A stretch of 63,115 nucleotides of DNA, the filler included, from Octopus bimaculoides (taxonomy: Eukaryota), in the NCBI RefSeq assembly GCF_001194135.2. It is 4 parts of 4 records of this genome, joined end to end, with 100 filler letters (N's around TTAATTAATTAA, not from the genome) between each part and the next. Parts side by side here need not be neighbours in the genome. Positions count along the whole stretch, not along the records: positions 21,864 to 25,562 come from NC_068981.1; positions 25,663 to 46,535 come from NC_068984.1; 2 more parts are not named here. One strand, 5' to 3'. Positions within the stretch are counted from its first letter, which is position 1. Each line of letters begins with the position of its first letter. Under the pieces are notes generated by a model. The model had not been told where the DNA came from. It saw only the letters and a list, made by a program, of their open reading frames with translations, and did no database searches. Position numbers and translations under genes: made by a program. This document shows positions 23,565-37,256 of this stretch, one piece after another.

Positions 23565-23957
23565 TGCACAGGAGTGGCTGTGTGGTAAGTAGCTTGCTTA
23601 CCAACCACATGGTTCCGGGTGCAGTCCCACAGCGTGGCACCTTGGGCAAGTGTCTTCTACTATAGCCTCGGGCCGACCAAAGCCTTGTGAGTGGATTTGG
23701 TAGACGGAAACTGAAAGAAGCCCATCGTATATATGTATATGTATGTGTGTGTGTTTGTGTGTCTGTGTTTGTCCCCCTAGCACTGCTTGACAACCGATGC
23801 TGGTGTGTTTATGTCCCCGTAACTTAGCGGTTCGGCAAAAGAGACCGATAGAATAAGTACTAGGCTTACAAAGAATAAGTCCTAGGGGTCGATTTGCTCG
23901 ACTAAAGGCGGTGCTCCAGCATGGCCGCAGTCAAATGACTGAGACAAGTAAAAGAGT
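23565..23957 (+). mobile_element. SINE family A, near intact
   Basis: Reverse-complement match to 11011-11420. Confidence 0.88.
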
Positions 23958-24399
23958 ATGTAAATTGAATAAGTGAAGTTGCCTTCCTACACTTGATATT
24001 ACAGCCAAATTGCTCTGTTCGATGACATACATATAAATACCGGCAATAAAGGGAAACCACTTAAAAGTAAAACGAGACTGATATTCGTTATCAGTCAGAC
24101 AAATTGAGGCATGCAATATTGTATATGTGAAAATACGATCCGTGTGGTTATTGTTTAATAAACATGGGTGTATATTCTCCACTTGGGAAAGTTATTGGGA
24201 TGAGCCAAAGAGCTTTTGTGTGATTGCTCGACCTACTGGAAATTGTAGCCAGATCTTGATCGAATTACTTCTGACTTTAAAACATATAAAAGAACAACGT
24301 AGTTCCTTACCATGTAAAATAGGGTGGGGTGTCGTAGTGTTGATCAATGAGAGTTGTACTGGAGTAAATAACAACAGTAACATCTAGCATATACAGGGT

Positions 24400-24730
24400 A
24401 AAAACTCCCTTCGATCATGGATGACTATGAAATTGCACCTAGAAAGTTCTCCTTTAAGGCGCAAGTCCGGGTAAAGTTGTTTATAGAAGACCAGTAGTCG
24501 TCCATGCATACCAGCCTCCCCTCCCTACGTCACTGATTTTACCCAAGGGAAAAGCAAAGGCCAATACAGTTTGGCACCAGTGACGTCACAACTCATTTCT
24601 ACAGCTGAGTGAACGAGATGCTACGTGCCTTGCTAAGTATCTTGCTCAAGAACACAACACAGCCCGGTCTGGGAATCGAACTCACTACCTCATAATTGTG
24701 AGCCCGACGCATTAACCACTGAGCTATATA
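24400..24730 (-). mobile_element. tRNA-derived SINE, family C
   Basis: Head AGCTCAGTGGTTAATGCG...GAGTTCGATTCCC; paralogue at 44020-44345 (+). Confidence 0.75.
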
Positions 24731-24904
24731 TGCTCCGGCTGTTTGTTTTCTCACGTTTTGGGTTTCCACTACCTTGTCCTTGTGTACTTTTACCATTCAG
24801 TCACTGTCTTCTGTTTGTGTGTTGAATTCGATAGTGCAACCAGTTACTGTAACCCTAGAAGCACAAACACACACACACACACACACACACACCTAATTAG
24901 CTAG

Positions 24905-24970
24905 ACAGACAGAAAGGCAGGCAGACAGACAGACAGACAGACAAACAAACAGACAGGCAGGCAGGCAGAC

Positions 24971-25024
<54 letters not shown>

Positions 25025-25025
25025 G

Positions 25026-25078
<53 letters not shown>

Positions 25079-25091
25079 TGATAGATAGATT

Positions 25092-25145
<54 letters not shown>

Positions 25146-25146
25146 C

Positions 25147-25178
<32 letters not shown>
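24905..25178. repeat. Compound (AGAC/AGGC)n-(AGAT)n microsatellite
   Basis: Direct inspection. Confidence 0.95.
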
Positions 25179-25662
25179 GGTTTCCGTACACCAAATTCAC
25201 TCACAAGGTATTGATAGCCCCCCGGTCTATACTGGAAGATACTTGCCCAAAGTTCCTAAGGCACAGTGGGAATTGAACTCGAAACTAAGTAGTTACAGAG
25301 TGAGCTTTTAACCGTAGGGAAGTAAAATGGTAGAAATGTTAAAACTGTGAAGTATTTCTCTCAGTATTTATTCTCTGTGTTCTGAGTTGCTTTGTTGTTA
25401 GTTCAATGTAGTATCAATGAATTGGGTGAGAGAAAAGTACGACTCTTGTGTGGAAAACAATGCAGTTGTCTCTTTAATAATAGAGACATGAAAATGTTTT
25501 ATTCATAAGTATCTATTGAAAAGGTTGTTGACATTTTTATAACATAAGTATGCGCGCGCATGNNNNNNNNNNNNNNNNNNNNNNNNNNNNNNNNNNNNNN
25601 NNNNNNTTAATTAATTAANNNNNNNNNNNNNNNNNNNNNNNNNNNNNNNNNNNNNNNNNNNN

Positions 25663-25709
<47 letters not shown>

Positions 25710-26423
25710 AAATATTCAAAATTAAGTGCTTGACTGAGTCACTGATCACTACCATTTTCATTCCCTTTGCTATGATTGGCAATAGATATACTCCAGTATA
25801 GGATCTGTTTATAGTAAAGAAATTTCACCTATAAGCTACATCCATAAAAATGACTGGTTTATAATCAAATAGAAATAATGTAAGTAAATGTTTAAATACT
25901 GATATATGGAACTAAAATGCTAAAATAAAATTATGATGGAAAGGTTACAAGTTATAGATAATAAATCAAAGTTAATAAGTACAGAAAAGTTGGGTGAGTT
26001 TTGTACACATGATTTGAAAAATATTAGTGATATACAGCATTTTGGATAGGCAATGATAACAGGTATTTGGTAATACTAAGGTGCTATATTTAGAGCAGCT
26101 TAATGGGAGTGAGGAAGCTTGTATAGTGACATATTGCCAAAGAATCTATCGTCTAAATGTAGCTTAGCTGTCAGTGATGCAAGTAACAAATTACAGATGG
26201 TCGAATGGTTTGGCTTATATTAGAAGAAAACAGGATTGCGTGTGATAAGCATGTCCAGTTTATGATGGAGCTGCATACACATTTATACTTATATAGGCAA
26301 GCATCCACATTTATATATACATATATGCATATATATATATATATATATATATGCGCACATATATATACAGACACATACATATATGTACATATAAATATGT
26401 ATGCATATATACATGTGTGTGGG

Positions 26424-26455
<32 letters not shown>

Positions 26456-26725
26456 TATGTATACATATATATATGCATATATGGGTCTGTATACACAGAT
26501 ACACACAAACACACAAGTACATATATATATATACACACACACGTAAACAAACCAATATACATATAATACATATATATATATGTGTGTGTATANNNNNNNN
26601 NNNNNNNNNNNNNNNNNNNNNNNNNNNNNNNNNNNNNNNNNNNNNNNNNNNNNNNNNNNNNNNNNNNNNNNNNNNNNNNNNNNNNNNNNNNNNNNNNNNN
26701 NNNNNNNNNNNNNNNNNNNNNNNNN

Positions 26726-26768
<43 letters not shown>

Positions 26769-27114
26769 GCATATTTATGAGTTTGCGCTTGTGTAAGTGC
26801 ATATGTTAGTATTTGCACTCATTGTGAGCGAGTCTGTTAGAATGTTTATGTTCTGCAAACACATGAGTTGCATTCAATATTTTCCATTGACATTTCCTTG
26901 ACAACAGATGTTCCAATAGCTCTACACTTTCAAAGATGTGCGAACTGAAAACTCCCTTGCTAAAAAGACACGAAGAAAGGAAAGAGGTAAGGGTTTGTGG
27001 CAGGAAAGGAAACCTACAATGAACAAGACCTCAACAGTATATATTCATGTAACTCAATCTAGCGTACAAAAACAGACATAAAAATAAAAGAAGATATATA
27101 TTTATATATACTCT

Positions 27115-27520
27115 TTTATACTTTTATTTGTTTCAGTCATTTCACTGCAGCCATGCTGGAGCATCACCTTGAAAGATTTTAGTCAAAGAAATTGACTCCA
27201 GGACTCATTTACCTAGTACTTATTTTATCAGTCATTTTTCTTGATCTTCTATGTTATGGAGATGTAAACATACCAACAGCAGCTGTCAAGTAATGATTGG
27301 GGGGAACAAACACAGACACAAAGATGCACGCCCATAGATATTTACATACATACATATATATATATATATTACAGGCTTCTTCCAGTTTCTGTCAACCATA
27401 TCCACTCACAAAGCTTTGGCTGGCCTGAGTCTATAGTAGAAGGCACTTTCCTAAGGTGTCATATCGTTGGGAAGCCTGCTTCTTACCACTCACTCATGCC
27501 TGCACCTTCTTACCACCACA
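27115..27520 (-). mobile_element. SINE family A (decayed)
   Basis: TTTCAGTCATTTCACTGCAGCCATGCTGGAGCA...ATCCACTCACAAAGCTTTGG...CTTACCAC. Confidence 0.8.
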
Positions 27521-28079
27521 CAGTCATGCACACATACATATGCATACACACACACAAGCATACATATAAAACAGGCAACTCTACATCATAGAAAGTAGAA
27601 TAGATAAATGAAAAACTTGAACCAATTAAATAGAAGGACATTAAGTAAAGACTCTGAAGAAATTGCACAAGTATTATAGTAAAGTTGCAATTGCAATGGT
27701 TACTAATGAGTGCAATTGAAACTTGTGTTGGTCTATATAATGCTTTATATATATTAAAAGAATTAAAGGTAATGTTATGCAATTTCATAATACTCCTTAT
27801 TATTAATATTTTTGATACATACACATATATATATGTCATCATCATCATCATCTTCACCATCATCATAATCATCATTCTGCATTCGGTTTTCGTACTGGCA
27901 TCTTTTTCATAGAGACATCAGTGATCCCATCCCCCTCATATCTTTCCTTTTTGGTTTTATTTTCTTTGTCAGAATGGCTCTTCTAATAGAATGTGCTCAG
28001 TTCATTTTATTGTGACACAATCACATGTAATGTTGCCTTATTCTTAACAAGACTAAACACTCTTCTCAATTCATATTTC

Positions 28080-28585
28080 TGAATGATTACCAACCACTTA
28101 ACAGTGTTTCTTAGACAGATTTACAGTGGCACCAATGGTAGTCAGATTGCCTTGTACACCATAAGATTACAGTCCTCACAACTCTATAATTTGACATCAA
28201 TGTCAGCATCCTCAATATCAGAATCATCATGAATGTTAGAAAGTCAATCTTGGTTCATGATAATTCCTTCTGGGTAAAGAAGGAAGTTGATCCCTGTTCG
28301 ATGTGCTTATGGGGAGCACCAACAAGGTTGAAATTACAGAACTTGTCCCCCATAGCTTGGCCCTTTATAAGGATATACGTCTGGCAATCTCAAGCCATAT
28401 GAACAGCTATGCCATGGACAAATTCAGGGAGAATTTAATAAAGATCTTTAAAGAATTCAGCTAATTTATAACAGTCTCCAATAATTTGACAATGGTCAAC
28501 CTCCTGGAAACAACCCTGAACTTGAAGATGGATAAGTTCTACCCTTTATTGAAACCCAATGAAGAACCAACCTGTTTATACCCAC
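28080..28585 (+). mobile_element. Penelope-like RT fragment (different family)
   Basis: RIIMNVRKSILVHDNSFWVKK, FDVLMGS, VNLLETTLNL.MDKFYPLLKPNEEP parallel the HARKAVLF..WVK, FD..MG and DFLDVTL..PY.KPN segments at 5.9-6.4 kb. Confidence 0.7.
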
Positions 28586-28599
28586 AGAAACATGATGGG

Positions 28600-28830
28600 A
28601 AAATATTACATTGCTTGGAACCAGGTGTTGACTGGCAACAGAAATGGCATCTAGTTGCAGGAAACTTACCTCAATGGATTCTGTCTGACCCATGTAAGTA
28701 TGGAAAAGAGGATGATGATGATGACGATGATGATGATGATGACGATGATGATGTTGATGACGACAATGATCAGAATGGCAACAACGACAATGACGATGAT
28801 GACAACGACAAGAACGACAACGATGGCTTG
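28600..28830 (+). mobile_element. RTE-type 3' tail with (GAT/GAC/AAC)n
   Basis: GGCAACAGAAATGGCATCTAGTTGCAGGAAAC...GACCCATGTAAGTATGGAAAAGAGGATGATGAT; reverse-complement related to 42530-42700. Confidence 0.55.
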
Positions 28831-31064
28831 CAAAGGTGAGTAGCAGTTTTGTCAAATTTTCTTTTGTTTTTTAGTTATATGTCATTTGTACCATTAACCA
28901 CTCAACTGCAATGTAGGACTGTAATTAGTTTTTTGTCAGTCAGAAAAACTTTTATGGAGCGATTCATGTCTCTAGATCAGCTGTATAACTAAATGGTTGT
29001 TCTAAAATTAAAACTTATGACTATAATTAATTTTATGAGATTAATTTTTGACTTCTCATATTTATCTTCTGTTTACTTGGAAAGTCACTAACAATCACAA
29101 CTAGAGAAATTTTGATTAATTGGCAAGAAGTTAATTTGTAACAAATTATTTATCTAAACATGTTAGAAAACACAGCTAAATACCTGTCCTGACAAGGTAC
29201 AAATTCAGAATCTAGAGAATTCAGTTAAACTCTTGTTCCGATATATTAACCCTTTAAATTTACATACCTTCTTGTTTCAGTTAAAAAGAAACAATTACAA
29301 ATCATTTGACTTGCTAGAAAATGCAGCTACTGAATAACCCTCAATTTACAGAAGAACCCTTGGAATAATATACCACAATTATAGTTTTAAAAATTTAATA
29401 TACAGTTGAGGCTGATCACATTTGCAATGCTTTTCTTCAGTGAAGGCAAACTTGGGGCGAAACAACAACAAAAGCAATTAAATAATTTCCTGTGAAGTTA
29501 GCCAAATGTATAATATTTCATCCAAAATTATTTCTAGAAGCAAGAAGAAATAGAAATGATAAATTAAAATAAAAATAGGATTAGGTTTGAAAATATAGCA
29601 TGTAAAAATATAAAAAAAAACTATAGAACAAAAATAAACAAAAAAAAGTTTCATTTTATTTGAACATAACCTCAAGCTATGTTTTAACAAGGCTTTGCCA
29701 CTCTAAGACACTCTAGGTTATAATGATTTCATTAAGTTTTTCTTTTTAATATTTTTATATACAATTTTACTTTAACACTCCCATATGTGAAATATTCTAG
29801 CTGTTTGTGAGTAAAGTAACCTATATTACATCTTATGAATTTCTGGTGGCAAAATGAAAGCTCCAACACATGTTACTTTCAGTTTGTGGCTGTCAGTTAT
29901 TCATGATAATTAAAATTTGAAATGAAATAAGGGGAATAATTCAAGTAGGTTAATGCCATGAATTTAGATAAATAAATTAAATGTGATATGCATTAGCTAA
30001 GATAATTAAAGGTACTGTGTGCAAAACATTTTCAGTTAATTGAAATTTCCATTTCAGTTGGAGAAATGGGAAATGGTTTCAGATAATTAAGTTTTAGTCT
30101 CTCAAAATAAATTTCTTTAGTGATAAATCTCATCTTCCTTTTAAAAGACTAATTACTGATTTCAAATTCTGACACAAGGCCAGCAATTTTGAGGTAGGCG
30201 TAAGCTCATTGTATTGAGTTCAGTGTTCAACTGGTATATATTTTATTGACCCTAAAAGAATGAAAGGCAATCTTGGTAGAATTTGAACCCAGAGCACGAA
30301 GACAGATGAAATGCTGCTAAGCATTTTAAATGGTGATCTCACGATGTTAAAGAGGTTAATTAATAATTAAATTGAATTACCTGTTCCCATTTTTTGTTTT
30401 GAGCGATGATAATTAGTGAGGCAAACACATCCATCCCTTCTTCTCTCTCTCTCTCTCTCCATCTCTCTCTCTCACTCTCTCTCTCTCTTTCCATCTCTCT
30501 CTCTCTCCATCTCTCTCTCACATACACACACACACCTTAACCCCTGACACTACATTTTCTCTTTCCTTTCTTATACACACTTCTGAAATACTGCCTCTGT
30601 TAATCTCTCCACTAGTTCCTTCTCACTATGATAAACTTGTATTCCTTTCAAATTTTCAGTTCTCAGTACCTCACCTAAAGTCATTACCTACTTTCCATAT
30701 TCTCCTTCTCAGCTGAGGTGGTCATTGATATTTTAAGTTAGAACATGACACTGCTTGCGCTCATGACATGAAAAAAAAAGCACTCAGTACACTCTTGAAA
30801 ATGATTGGCCTTAGACAGGGCAACTAACCATAGAAATCATACCAAAACTGAAATATTGTTGGAAGCTGTGGTGCTTTGACATGCTAAAGCCTATTGAACT
30901 GTCCAATGCATGCCACCCAGGAAAGTGGACATAAAATGGTGATGATGGTGATGCTGTTTCTGCTGCTGCTGCTGCTGATGCTGATGATGATGATGATGAT
31001 CTTTAGTGCACATTACTCATTATATCACTTCTTAATTTTTGAAACTGAATAAAAGCAGTGGAAT

Positions 31065-31255
31065 GGCAGAATCATGAGCATGCTCAGCAAGATGTTTAAT
31101 AGCATTTCATACATCTTAACATTCTGAGTTCAAAGGTCAACTTTGCCTTCCATTCTTTCAGGTTCAAGAGAATAAGTACCAGTTGAGTACTGGAGTCGAT
31201 GTAATCGACTTATGCCCTTCCCAAAATTGCTGGCCTTGTATCAAAATTTGAAACC
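31065..31255 (+). mobile_element. SINE family B (decayed); another copy at 30170-30330 (-)
   Basis: TGGCAGAATC...ATTCTGAGTTCAAA...AAGTACCAGTTGAGTACTGGAGTCGATGTAATCGAC. Confidence 0.7.
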
Positions 31256-32235
31256 AATTAGAGGAACTGAATTGTCTTCGGCACATTTTTGATGCATCCA
31301 TTAGCTTCCATCATTCAAATTATATTAGCCTTAATATTATTGATAAGGCTTTTCCTATACACAAAAATTTATTAACTGATAAAAGTAGGCTTGCAATAAC
31401 TATAATATGCTGAAGAATTCCAATAACATGTCCATAGTTGTTCTTCTCTGCAAAACTAAAATAAATAAATGACTATAATAACAAAAAATGCTAGATTTTT
31501 CACTAAGCAGTTTATAAATTCTTGAGATATTAATTCTTAATGTCTTGAAATTATCTTTCCTTTTCTTTGGAAGCGACTGGCACTTACTGGTAGGTTTTCT
31601 TTTATTTTTCTTTCACCAAATAAAAAAGATATTTTAACTCTTTAACTGTGAAATTAAATTTTATAGTTATCCTAGTAATGATGTTAAATATCTACCAAAA
31701 CCAAAAAGAAAAAAAAAAGGAAATGAAAATGAAATAGAAGCAGTTATTTTAAGTTTAGATATCAGATTTCCACAGTAAATCAGTTAATAGACTGCAAATG
31801 TTTTGCATGTATTATTTAGTACATTATTTTTAACTTAGTGATATAAGATGTATTTAACTTATCTTTATTAGCTGAGTTTGGAAGAGGAGGTAGTGTGCAT
31901 GATATTTGCAGGCCTGGTGAGTAGATGCTGTTAATGTTCTGTCTAAACAGATGCAGGAAGGACATAAGTAGCAAGATGAATCCAGAAAGTCAATGTTCTG
32001 TAGTGGAAAAATGGGTTTGGTGCTCAGTAGAGGGGTAAATGGTGAAATGCAAAACAAAAAGAAAAGAAAAGAAACTATGTGCAGTAACTGTCTGAGTTGT
32101 GAAGGTACAAATCTAGTCATTTCTTCAGTTTAACAAAAACAGACATAAAATATATTTCCTTCCATTTTTGAATATTGTCAAAAGAAACTAAAATAATTTA
32201 TAACAAAAATAATATTTTCTTTTATTATTATTCTT

Positions 32236-33290
32236 AGGGGGAAGAGTAAGTCGATTAGCTTGATCCCAGTACTTGACTGGTATTTTATTTTATCGATTTT
32301 AAAAGGATAAAAGACAAAGTTGATTTTGGCAGGACTTGAACTGAAAATGTAAAAAGCCAGAAGAAATGCCACTAAAAATTTTATCTGATGCATTAGTGAT
32401 TCTGCCAGCTTTTCAACTTAATAACAACGATGGCTATGATGACAATGATGACGACAATAACTGCATAAGCGACAACAACAACAACAACAACAATAATAAT
32501 AATCCTTTCTACTAAAGGTACAAAGCCTGAAATTTGGGGAGAGGGACTAGTCGATAACATCAGCCCTAGTACACAACAGGTACTTATTTCATCAACCCAG
32601 AAAAGATGAAAGGCAAAATCGATCTTGGTGGAATTTGAACTCAGAACGTGACAGCAGACAAAATAATCCTTTCTACTATAGGCACAAGGAAAGCCTGAAA
32701 TTTGTGAGGTGGGATCTAGCCAATCACATCGACCCCGGTGTTCAAATTGCATCTAATTCATCAACTCTGAAAGGATGAAAAGCAAAGCTGATGTTGGTGG
32801 AATGGAATTTCAACTCAGAATGCAAGGATGAATGAATTGCTGCTATGCATTTAGTCCAGCATGGTAAAGATTCTGCATGTAATAACTCTGGGATAATAAT
32901 AGTAATTGTATAATAATGATTGTTTCTGATGAGGTATAAGACCAACAGTTTTAAGAGAAAGTATAAGGTGATACCATTGACTCCAGTACTGAACTGCTAC
33001 TATATTTTATCATCCTTAAAAATATGAAAGCCGAAATTGACATCAGCAAGATTTGAACTCAGACCATAAAGAGACAGAAGAAATACTGTAAAGCATTTCT
33101 TCTCATACTAATGATTTTGATAACCTATCAACCTTGCATTTAATTTAGGCACAAGCTCAGCAGTTTTGAGTGGTTAATATTATGAACCTCAGCACTTGAC
33201 TGATACTTTATTTTAGTAATCCAAAAAGAAAGAAAAACAAAACTGATCTTGATAGGATTTGAACACTGAACGACATAACTTAATATCACA
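32236..33290 (-). mobile_element. Chain of five same-orientation SINE family B copies or fragments
   Basis: Units begin near 32236, 32500, 32662, 32930 and 33140, each with GGTACTTATTT/GAAAGGATGAAAGG/ATTTGAAC motifs, mostly separated by TAA-type repeats. Confidence 0.75.
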
Positions 33291-34115
33291 ATAAATTATG
33301 TTCAATACTCTGCTGATTCTTCTAATCCAGTGTTCTTCACTAAATAACTATAATGAAATTCAGCAAAAGTATTTGAAAATAGCTGAAGCAAAACCACATT
33401 AAGTATGAAGACAGTTAAAGAGGGATAGCAACCGAATAACAGTAAGAAACATAATGTATAATAGAGACAGATAGCAAATAATAACAGTAGGAACAACTTT
33501 CACCTCTAACTAACCATCTATTGATTAGATTAGTTTAGCAATGGGTTTCATTATTCTCTTTCATCACCAAAGATAAACAAAAGCTGCCATCCAATAAAAA
33601 ATAAAGAAAGCAAAGAAGTCAAACAAAAAAAAAAGAAATGTAGAAAAAAACGTTCTTGATACAGCAATCGATGAAATTTTACAAATGATCAATATGGTGC
33701 TAGCTTCCATTCATGAAAATTCATTTTGATGGTGAAAGTGGCTTGAATTACAAAATATCCTTTCATCTATTAACTGACCGCTACGTGTGGGCATTGATCC
33801 CATCTTTCTTTACCAAGGGAAAAAAAAAAAATATTAGACCTTTATGAAGGCAACTACAAAGAGACTCAGGACTTGGGTGATTATAAAATAGTTTTTCAGC
33901 TCTAGCATCTTCAATATTATTGATTTTTTATTAGGCTGGCACAAGACCTCGAATATGTCAGGTATGTTAAGAAGGGGTTTGGTAGCATGGATTGAAGACA
34001 CATTCACTCTTAGAATACTATTAACACTTACTTTATTGATGCCAGAGTTGATGTAAGGCAAATTTCATTGTATCAGAATGTGAACGAGCGAAAACTACAG
34101 ACAGACATAATTGAG

Positions 34116-34505
34116 TACTCAATACAATATATCTGGTACTAATTACTTTAAGTCAATTTATCTTATGCTATGTAACTCTACAACATATCTGGTGCTGAAT
34201 ACCTCAAACAATTTACCTGAAGGTAAATATTAGAGGATAAATCTTCTGGTGGTAATTATCTCGAGAAATTTACCTGGGTCTCCAGGTACCTAGAGACATT
34301 TATTTAATATCAAGTAACTCAAGATAATTTATCTCAATATAATTTAATTATTGTTAAGCACCTCAAGATAAATTAGCTGCTGACAAGTACACCAAGACAA
34401 TTTACCTGATATTAAGTACCCAAAGACAATTTATGTGGTACTAAACATCTCAAGGCAATTTGTTTCATTCAAATTACTACAAGACAATTTGTTGACAATC
34501 TAACA
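34116..34505. repeat. Degenerate ~29-bp minisatellite, about 13-14 units
   Basis: Units such as ACCTCAAGATAAATTAGCTGCTGACAAGT / ACACCAAGACAATTTACCTGATATTAAGT / ACCCAAAGACAATTTATGTGGTACTAAAC / ATCTCAAGGCAATTTGTTTCATTCAAATT. Confidence 0.8.
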
Positions 34506-35169
34506 TTTTTGCTCTTACAGATGCTGCCTTTTTGCCTGTTAAAGTCAGATTTCTTGCATTGACACAAGATCACTCATATTCAAAGAATGACATATTTCAT
34601 TGAATAGACTACTTGTGTATTACTGCTATATATTAAACTCTAATATTTGATTACAAACACACCTAACTGATAATTTTATCAACACTGAGTGTCAATAGAT
34701 ACAATCTCTAATCATTATCAGGTATCTTATTTCTGGATGTGTACTTAATATCAAATGTATGTACCTGTAAAAATGAGCCAGTGCATAAGAGTATTGTTAC
34801 TCTTAGTTCTGAAATAAAGGCTCCTTGTTTCAGTTCAGTCTATAGCTATGTGAACATCAATAAATACAACACATGAAAGTAACTGAGATCAAAGTTATGA
34901 AAAGGTAATGTAGCAAAAAATACATTTTCCTTTTTAAAATATGTTAGTAGTTCAAACTATTATAGCCATATTAACAATATCAAATCGTTGACGCTTAATT
35001 TCCTATTATGCTCAGTTATGTTTCCCTAACAAAAATTGAGAAAATTACTAAGGTTCAATTTGATTTTCTTTGAGACAACCAGATAAAAAGTCAAAGTCCA
35101 TATAAATTTAATTAGATGCAACCCATGTAGCTAGCTATTAATGTAGAGGTAGTAGGTGTGTCACCATTG

Positions 35170-36165
35170 TAAGCTGCATGAGTGTTCTTTACATAATGAA
35201 TGTCTCTTCAGCTTAGAGTAATAAAATCATGTGATTCTATGAGACATGACTATTAATAATTGTACTCCATCTTCATGTGAATCCTCTTCTTCTTAGTTTT
35301 TCTTTCAGCACATTTTCATGCATACTTACATTGTACATGCAGCAGAGCATGGTAGCTGAATTTCTTTTCCAGTCTTTCCAAGTCCTCTACATTCAAGATC
35401 TTATCTTAATACCATCCATCTTCACAGTTCTAACTCTAACATCATGTAATTTGCTCTTCATTATGAGGAGAAAGCAGTGGTGTTAGTGCTCTGAAATATC
35501 TCTCCAGCCTGTTCTTACTCTGGCTATTATACTTTCAGAACCACCATCTTCCTCGCCAATTACATCTCCAAGGTACCAAAAGCTATCAATTATTCTAGTA
35601 ATTTATCTGGGCATTTAAAAGAATCTATTTTCGGTGATCTCATAACATATACTGCTTCAGTACATCTATATCATATGAAGCTTACTTTTTTTCTGTTAGT
35701 CTGCCTAAGATTCCTCTACATTACTTGAGTATCCCTAGCTTATACTGAGTACAACATACATATAGAGATTTTAATTAATCTATCTCTGTATACTGAATGA
35801 GGTCATTTCCTTGAAGATACTATAGCCTTCTCTTCTTTCTTACTTCCAAAAACATTTGTCTTTGCTAAGTTTATACTAAAGCATCTTGATCCAAGATGTA
35901 GCTTCTATGCCTATAATTTCTTCTGTAATTCTCCCATAGATTCATCTATGAGAACTAGGTCATCAGCAAAATAATAAAGGAGTTTCCATGGACATCTATT
36001 CTTAAACTTCCCTTTCATGGAGTGTAGGACTATGATAACTACGAGGGCACCAAAGACTTAATCCTTGATGGACTCCTACTTTCGAGCTAAATTCATCAAC
36101 AAAGTCATAGTTGACTGTCACGTTACTACATCTTTTTACATAGTACATGTAGCCATCACAACCAT
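35170..36165 (-). mobile_element. RTE/BovB-type LINE RT fragment
   Basis: Minus: CPWKLL..FADDLVLI, IDSFWYLGDVIG..GGSESIIARVRTGW, consistent with RTE RT domains 5-7 and the downstream region. Confidence 0.78.
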
Positions 36166-36205
36166 CATCATTTATCAATACATACTTTCCTTATATGTAT
36201 GTATG

Positions 36206-36244
<39 letters not shown>

Positions 36245-37209
36245 NNNNNNNNNNNNNNNNNNNNNNNNNNNNNNNNNNNNNNNNNNNNNNNNNNNNNNNN
36301 NNNNNNNNNNNNNNNNNNNNNNNNNNNNNNNNNNNNNNNNNNNNNNNNNNNNNNNNNNNNNNNNNNNNNNNNNNNNNNNNNNNNNNNNNNNNNNNNNNNN
36401 NNNNNNNNNNNNNNNNNNNNNNNNNNNNNNNNNNNNNNNNNNNNNNNNNNNNNNNNNNNNNNNNNNNNNNNNNNNNNNNNNNNNNNNNNNNNNNNNNNNN
36501 NNNNNNNNNNNNNNNNNNNNNNNNNNNNNNNNNNNNNNNNNNNNNNNNNNNNNNNNNNNNNNNNNNNNNNNNNNNNNNNNNNNNNNNNNNNNNNNNNNNN
36601 NNNNNNNNNNNNNNNNNNNNNNNNNNNNNNNNNNNNNNNNNNNNNNNNNNNNNNNNNNNNNNNNNNNNNNNNNNNNNNNNNNNNNNNNNNNNNNNNNNNN
36701 NNNNNNNNNNNNNNNNNNNNNNNNNNNNNNNNNNNNNNNNNNNNNNNNNNNNNNNNNNNNNNNNNNNNNNNNNNNNNNNNNNNNNNNNNNNNNNNNNNNN
36801 NNNNNNNNNNNNNNNNNNNNNNNNNNNNNNNNNNNNNNNNNNNNNNNNNNNNNNNNNNNNNNNNNNNNNNNNNNNNNNNNNNNNNNNNNNNNNNNNNNNN
36901 NNNNNNNNNNNNNNNNNNNNNNNNNNNNNNNNNNNNNNNNNNNNNNNNNNNNNNNNNNNNNNNNNNNNNNNNNNNNNNNNNNNNNNNNNNNNNNNNNNNN
37001 NNNNNNNNNNNNNNNNNNNNNNNNNNNNNNNNNNNNNNNNNNNNNNNNNNNNNNNNNNNNNNNNNNNNNNNNNNNNNNNNNNNNNNNNNNNNNNNNNNNN
37101 NNNNNNNNNNNNNNNNNNNNNNNNNNNNNNNNNNNNNNNNNNNNNNNNNNNNNNNNNNNNNNNNNNNNNNNNNNNNNNNNNNNNNNNNNNNNNNNNNNNN
37201 NNNNNNNNN

Positions 37210-37256
<47 letters not shown>

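Noticed and set aside
33600-34140. Protein-looking translation (DTAIDEILQMINMV...PLRVGIDP...RLAQDLEYVRYVKKG)
   Set aside because: Stop density is about what random AT-rich sequence gives, and no family motif could be anchored.
34116-34505. Repeat-spacer-like array as CRISPR
   Set aside because: Eukaryotic intronic context, degenerate repeats, 13-nt variable parts that are related to each other, no cas genes.
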